Assembly: GCA_036676495.1 (NCBI GenBank)
Contig: JAKFCT010000077.1
Coordinates: forward strand, 1-32,895
Length of the DNA stretch: 32,895 bases
Reading direction: 5' to 3'
Origin: Candidatus Sericytochromatia bacterium
Lineage (GTDB): Bacteria > Cyanobacteriota > Sericytochromatia > S15B-MN24 > UBA4093
In this document: positions 28,623 to 32,895 of the stretch, piece after piece
How the letters are laid out: each line of letters starts with the position of its first letter
Position numbering within the stretch: the first letter of the stretch is position 1
Program-made: the position numbers and the translations under genes
Notes under the pieces: model-generated
What the model saw: only the letters and a program-made list of their open reading frames with translations
Database searches by the model: none
Told to the model about the DNA's origin: nothing

Positions 28623-29135
28623 TCAGTCCGGGAAGGGCACGGCCACGGTTTGCTTGGAGAGCGCGTTCTGGACCAACTCGAACGCCTTCGGCTTGGGCCC
28701 TGAGACCGACACGGAGTGAGAGGCGTTTTGAATCGAGACGGTGACGCGCGTGACCGGGACGTCGGTGATCCCGGCGTCCACTCGCTCCGGAAGATCCAGG
28801 AAGCGCTGGCCCCCTTCCGCGCGCACGAAGACCGTGCCCAGGAGCGTCCGCATGGTTTCAGGGGATAGCGAGCCCGTGGCGATCGTTAGCGCCGGCTTGT
28901 TGAGGTTGGACGAAAAGGTCCGCTCGGCCTCCCAGCGCCCGCTCCCGTAGACCCGCACCGTATCGACGTTCCAATCCTCCTGGGGGACGAAGCCGTCGAG
29001 CCACTGCTGGGTCAGGACGGGCTCCGTCGCCGAAGGCTCCCAGCGCGGCACGGAGTCGGGCGACCCGATCCCGAACGGAAGGTTCGTGCACGCGACCGTT
29101 CCCAGGGCGATCGCCCCCCAAACCCATGGCTTCAT
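28623..29135 (-). CDS. Hypothetical lipoprotein (possibly DUF6438/emfourin-like fold)
   Basis: AGGAGG RBS, lipobox TVAC; pattern GF.....V.VYG.G.....LS.E....L....F..LP.....D.P...VTV. The fold assignment is tentative. Confidence 0.75.
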   Translation of the reverse strand: MKPWVWGAIALGTVACTNLPFGIGSPDSVPRWEPSATEPVLTQQWLDGFVPQEDWNVDTVRVYGSGRWEAERTFSSNLNKPALTIATGSLSPETMRTLLGTVFVRAEGGQRFLDLPERVDAGITDVPVTRVTVSIQNASHSVSVSGPKPKAFELVQNALSKQTVAVPFPD

Positions 29136-29202
29136 CGGCTCCTCCTTTCAATGCTGCTTCCGTTCTAGCACCCTTCAATCACGGGATCGATCACACCACG
29201 AC

Positions 29203-29241
29203 AAAAAAAGACCGGAATCATGACGGCAGTCATGATTCCGG
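29203..29241 (-). terminator. Intrinsic terminator after the phosphatase
   Basis: CCGGAATCATGAC-GGCA-GTCATGATTCCGG 13-bp stem plus a T7 tract on the minus strand. Confidence 0.85.
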
Positions 29242-29262
29242 CCCGACGGAGTCGACGGAAGG

Positions 29263-29973
29263 CTAGCTGGCGAAGGCCTGATCCATCGGACGGAAGTACT
29301 TCTTCGCGTAGTTCTTGACGAAGAGACGCAGGCCGAGAAGGTAGGTGTGGAAGCCGTAGGCCTTCATCTCGCCGTAGGCCTGCTCGTAGTCCCAGTTCTG
29401 AACCTTCACGCGATAGGCGAGCGCCATGGTGCCCGTGCGATCGCGGCCCTGCATGCAGTGGAAGTACATCGGAAGCTGCTCGGGATCCTGGGCGATCTGG
29501 AGGAACTGGTCGATCTTGGCTTCCTTGGGCGGGATGATGATGCTCATGGGGATGGAGTGGAAGCGAATGCCATACTTTTCGGCCCACGCCTTCTCCTGGG
29601 CGACGACCTTCTTGTCGTTCTCGAGGGTCACGATCGTCCGGATGCCCATGTCGGCGAGCTTCTTCATCCCCGCCTCGGTGGGACGGGCGCCGCGGAAGAC
29701 GCGCTCGGTCACCTTGCCGAAGTTGCCGAGGTCGTCCTTGGGGGGACGCGGCCAGAGGTCGGCGCCCGGCTCCAGCGGGGCATTCTCGATCAGCGCATCG
29801 GGGGAAGTCGCCTCGAGGCGCGCGAGCTCGGCATCAGACGGGACGCGCTCGGCAGCGAAGCCGCCGAAGCTCTGGTAAGTGGTCTTGGAGAGCGGCTGAC
29901 CCGCGATCCCGGTGCCGCAGCCCGCCAGCGTGAGCGCCGTGACGAGGGCGATGACCCCACGTAGTATCCGCAT
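29263..29973 (-). CDS. Cys-based tyrosine/dual-specificity phosphatase lipoprotein
   Basis: Lipobox LAGC; NFGKV...VFRGARP, GIRTIV.L, P-loop HCMQGRDRTG (CX5R). Confidence 0.9.
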   Translation of the reverse strand: MRILRGVIALVTALTLAGCGTGIAGQPLSKTTYQSFGGFAAERVPSDAELARLEATSPDALIENAPLEPGADLWPRPPKDDLGNFGKVTERVFRGARPTEAGMKKLADMGIRTIVTLENDKKVVAQEKAWAEKYGIRFHSIPMSIIIPPKEAKIDQFLQIAQDPEQLPMYFHCMQGRDRTGTMALAYRVKVQNWDYEQAYGEMKAYGFHTYLLGLRLFVKNYAKKYFRPMDQAFAS

Positions 29974-30055
29974 TGATGTTACCCCTTCGCATGCTAACGA
30001 TTAAAGACTTCTTAAGGAGAGTATAGCGGATCACGGGCCGGTTCTTGCTTGAAAC

Positions 30056-30092
30056 GCAAACAAAACCAGGAGGCCGGCTGGCCTCCTGGTTT
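30056..30092 (-). terminator. Intrinsic terminator after etfA
   Basis: AAACCAGGAGGCC-GGCT-GGCCTCCTGGTTT stem with a T-rich tail on the minus strand. Confidence 0.75.
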
Positions 30093-30128
30093 CAGGACTC
30101 GGTTTTCGGGAAGCGGCTTGCGACGAGG

Positions 30129-31229
30129 CTAGCGGGTGGCCGCGGTCTCCCGCTTCCCCTGGCGCTCGCGCAGGGTCTTGACCCAGCCCGGCAGGATGTC
30201 CTTGAGATCTCCGACCAGGGCGAAGTCGGCCAGCGCCATGAGCGGGGCCTCCCGGTCGGTGTTGACGGCCACGATGGTCCGCGCGCCGGCCATGCCGCCC
30301 TGATGGTCGAGCGAGCCCGAGAGGCCCACTCCGACGTAGAGGTCGGGCTTGACCTTCTTGCCGGCGAGGCCGACCTGACGCGAGGCATCGACGCAACCGG
30401 CGGCGACGGCACCCTTGGTACCCGCCACCTCGCCTCCGAGAGCCTCGGCGAGTTGCTCGACGAGCGCCCAGTTCTCCTTGCCGACGCCCTTGCCGCCGCA
30501 GACGACGATCCGGGCGTTCTCGAGGTTGACGCCTTCGCGGGGCCGAGACTCGAGCACGCGGGCGCGGACGTCGGCCTCGTTGAGGTCGAGGTCGACCTTG
30601 ACGACCTCTCCGGCCCGGGAACGGTCGAAGTCCGCTTCCCGGAAGGAGCCCCCGCGGACGAGGGCGACCTGGGGCTTGCGCTCGGCGATCACGGAAACGG
30701 TCTGGAGCTTTCCACCGAAGGTGGAGCGGGTGACGCGCAGCAGGCGCTCGGCGTCATCGAGCTCGAGGTCGATCGCATCGGCGATGAAGCCGGTCTCGAG
30801 GCGCGCGGCCAGCTGAGGAGCGAGATCCTCGGCGAGGCGGGACCCGCCGAAGAGCAGGATCTCGGGCTTGTAGGTATCGACGAGTTGGCCGAGAGCCTTG
30901 GTAGCCAGTTCGAGCGCCTGTCCGCCCAGCAGCGGGTGCTGAGCCCAGAGCACGGTATCGGCTCCATAGGCGATGAGGTCCTTGGCGTGGGATTCCTCGC
31001 CGCCGAAGAGCACGGACTGGACGCGGGCTCCGAGGAGGTCGCCGAGCTCGCGGGCCTTGTTGAAGACCTGACGGGTCTCCGAGGCGATGAAGCCCCCTTG
31101 GAGTTCGGCGTAGACCCAGATATTGCGGTACTCGTTGCCCGTGTTGAGGGTGCCCGAGACCGTCATCTGGGACTCCTGGGTCATGGCCCAGGCGAGCCAG
31201 GGGTTATCCATATCGGAAGTGCTCACCAT
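30129..31229 (-). CDS. etfA: Electron transfer flavoprotein alpha subunit (FixB family), divergent
   Basis: IWVYAE, YGAD.V, DLAP.LAARL, LENARIVVCGGKG, QVG..GK.VKPDLY..VG.SG...H..GM, IVAVN.D..AP....AD...VGDL. Confidence 0.88.
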   Translation of the reverse strand: MVSTSDMDNPWLAWAMTQESQMTVSGTLNTGNEYRNIWVYAELQGGFIASETRQVFNKARELGDLLGARVQSVLFGGEESHAKDLIAYGADTVLWAQHPLLGGQALELATKALGQLVDTYKPEILLFGGSRLAEDLAPQLAARLETGFIADAIDLELDDAERLLRVTRSTFGGKLQTVSVIAERKPQVALVRGGSFREADFDRSRAGEVVKVDLDLNEADVRARVLESRPREGVNLENARIVVCGGKGVGKENWALVEQLAEALGGEVAGTKGAVAAGCVDASRQVGLAGKKVKPDLYVGVGLSGSLDHQGGMAGARTIVAVNTDREAPLMALADFALVGDLKDILPGWVKTLRERQGKRETAATR

Positions 31230-31235
31230 GCCTCC

Positions 31236-32021
31236 TTAACTTAAAAGGCCCTTGGCCGCGAGTTTCTGGTTGAGTTCGGAGAAGGCCGCGGGGTTGGCGC
31301 CTTCCCAGGCCTGGACCCGGCGCCTGCGCTCCGGGGTGGAGACGCGGGTGACCTTGGTGACCGAGCCTGCGAGACCGACGCTGTTGGGCTGAAGATTCAG
31401 CTCGGCGAGGGTCTTGACGGTCATGGGCTTCTTGGCGGCCTTCATGATGCCCATGGCGTTGGCGAGCCGGGGGGCCTTGGCCTCGCGCGACACGGTGACG
31501 ACCGCGGGCGTGGCGGCCTCGACGACGCGGATCTCCGCGTCCCAGACCTGCTCGGCGAGGACCTGCCCCGCGTTGAGATCGAGCTTGCGTACGTCCGATA
31601 CCAGCGAGAGCTTGAGGCGCTCGGCGAGCATGGGGCCGATGGCGCCACAGGACCCATCGATCGAGCGGCGACCGCAGAGAATGAGATCCGGCGCTCCAAG
31701 CGACTCGATGGCCGCGACCAGGACCTTGGCGGTGGCGCTCGCATCCGAGCCGATGAGGGCCGGATCCGAGATCAAGAGGGCCTCGTCGGCGCCCATGGCA
31801 AGGGCTTCCTTGAGGGTGTCCTTGGCCGTCTCGGGGCCCATGGAAAGCACGGTGATGGTGCCGCCGTTCTTCTCGCGGATGCCCAGGGCCATCTCGACGG
31901 CGTACTTGTCCTCCGGGTTGGCGATTCCCTTGTTGCGGTCGCGTTTCAGGATCCCGGAGGCGGGATCGAGGCGCACATCGGTGCTGTCAGGGACCTGTTT
32001 GACCAAGACAATGATTTTCAT
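31236..32021 (-). CDS. etfB: Electron transfer flavoprotein beta subunit (FixA family)
   Basis: MKIIVLVKQVPD, NPED..A.E.AL, SMGP, ALAMGAD, D..AT, G..SIDG, PR.....IMKA.KKP, GLAGS.T.V. Confidence 0.92.
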   Translation of the reverse strand: MKIIVLVKQVPDSTDVRLDPASGILKRDRNKGIANPEDKYAVEMALGIREKNGGTITVLSMGPETAKDTLKEALAMGADEALLISDPALIGSDASATAKVLVAAIESLGAPDLILCGRRSIDGSCGAIGPMLAERLKLSLVSDVRKLDLNAGQVLAEQVWDAEIRVVEAATPAVVTVSREAKAPRLANAMGIMKAAKKPMTVKTLAELNLQPNSVGLAGSVTKVTRVSTPERRRRVQAWEGANPAAFSELNQKLAAKGLLS

Positions 32022-32046
32022 CCGTCCTCCATGAGGCTCGAAAGGA

Positions 32047-32079
32047 AACGCCCCGCGGGCGCGAGGCCCGCGGGGCGTT
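32047..32079 (-). terminator. Hairpin between the acyl-CoA dehydrogenase and etfB (terminator or mRNA-stabilising stem)
   Basis: AACGCCCCGCGGGC-GCGAG-GCCCGCGGGGCGTT 14-bp stem, with TCCTTT following on the minus strand. Confidence 0.6.
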
Positions 32080-32084
32080 GGGCC

Positions 32085-32894
32085 TTAGACGCGGGCGACT
32101 TCCTTGGCGTAGTCCTTGAGGACTTCGCGCGCGACGACGAGCTTCTGGATCTCGTTGGTGCCTTCGAAGATCTCGCAGATGCGGGCGTCGCGGAACATCC
32201 GCTCGACGGGGTACTCGGCCGAGTAGCCCATGCCGCCGTGGATCTGGAGGGCCTTGTCGATGATCCAGGTCGACTGCTCGGTGCAGAAGAGCTTGACCAT
32301 CGAGCCCTCGAGGGTCACCTTCTTGCCCTGGTCGGCGAGCATGGCGGTGTAGTAGACCATCTGCTCCATCGCGAAGATGCGGGTGGCCATCTCGGCGAGG
32401 TAGAACTGGATGGCCTGCTGCTCGGCGATGGGCTTGCCGAACTGAATGCGGGTGGTCGCGTGCTTGATGCTGAGGTCCATGGCCTCCTTGGCGGCGCCGA
32501 GGCAGGAGGCGCCGAGGGAGAGGCGGCCGATGTCGAGAATCTTCATCGCGGTGACGAAGCCGAGACCGACCTTGCCGAGGACGTTCTCCTTGGGAACGCG
32601 GACGTTCCGGAAGAAGAGCTCACGGGTATCCGAGCCCTTGATGCCCATCTTGGCGAGCTTGGGGCCGTGCTCGACGCCGAAGTCGCGCTCGACGAGGAAC
32701 GCGGTGACGCCGCCGCGGGCGCCCAGCGCCGGGTCGGTGACGGCGAAGACGGTGAAGAGGTCGGCGATGCCGCCGTTGGTGATCCAGATCTTGTTGCCGT
32801 TGAGGATCCAGTCGCCGTTGGCGTCGCGCTCGGCGCGGGTCTTGATGGCGGCGGCGTCGGAGCCGGCGCCGGGCTCGGTGAGGGCGAAGGCGGC
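32085..32894 (-). CDS. Acyl-CoA dehydrogenase, 5' end outside the window
   Basis: FALTEPGAGSDA, LNGNKIWITNG, KMGIKGSDT, R.QFGKPI...QAIQ, ALQIHGGMGY, RDARI..IFEGTNEIQ. Confidence 0.95.
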   Translation of the reverse strand, partial: AAFALTEPGAGSDAAAIKTRAERDANGDWILNGNKIWITNGGIADLFTVFAVTDPALGARGGVTAFLVERDFGVEHGPKLAKMGIKGSDTRELFFRNVRVPKENVLGKVGLGFVTAMKILDIGRLSLGASCLGAAKEAMDLSIKHATTRIQFGKPIAEQQAIQFYLAEMATRIFAMEQMVYYTAMLADQGKKVTLEGSMVKLFCTEQSTWIIDKALQIHGGMGYSAEYPVERMFRDARICEIFEGTNEIQKLVVAREVLKDYAKEVARV

Positions 32895-32895
32895 G

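Overview
A high-GC bacterial chromosomal window with about 28 CDSs. The organism is diderm, since it has an Omp85-type barrel and many lipoproteins. I found no rRNA, tRNA, CRISPR array or mobile element. In order, the window holds: (1) the 3' end of an S8 subtilase with an in-frame TGA; (2) a signalling block of GAF-GGDEF-EAL and a 7TM-DISM histidine kinase-REC-adenylate cyclase hybrid, flanking a bacterial topoisomerase IB; (3) a miniature Omp85, a 10-aa-repeat lipoprotein, hypothetical genes and a stand-alone hisC; (4) two regulator-plus-hydrolase cassettes, ArsR-like HTH/YhfC protease/secreted hydrolase and MalT-like STAND-LuxR/78-aa protein/lipoprotein hydrolase; (5) a homogentisate cluster of fahA, hmgA and a flavin-reductase-like gene, without maiA; (6) a transmembrane-less MscS fragment, lon and an MscS-cNMP-binding channel; (7) a probable unannotated ~85-nt sRNA; (8) an exported CX5R phosphatase and acyl-CoA dehydrogenase-etfB-etfA. 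The best leads are the TM-less MscS/Lon/MscS-CNBD locus, the candidate anti-Shine-Dalgarno sRNA whose promoter layout matches the MalT-module promoter, the MalT/small-protein module, and the repeat lipoprotein. All family calls come from reading motifs by eye; no database searches were run.
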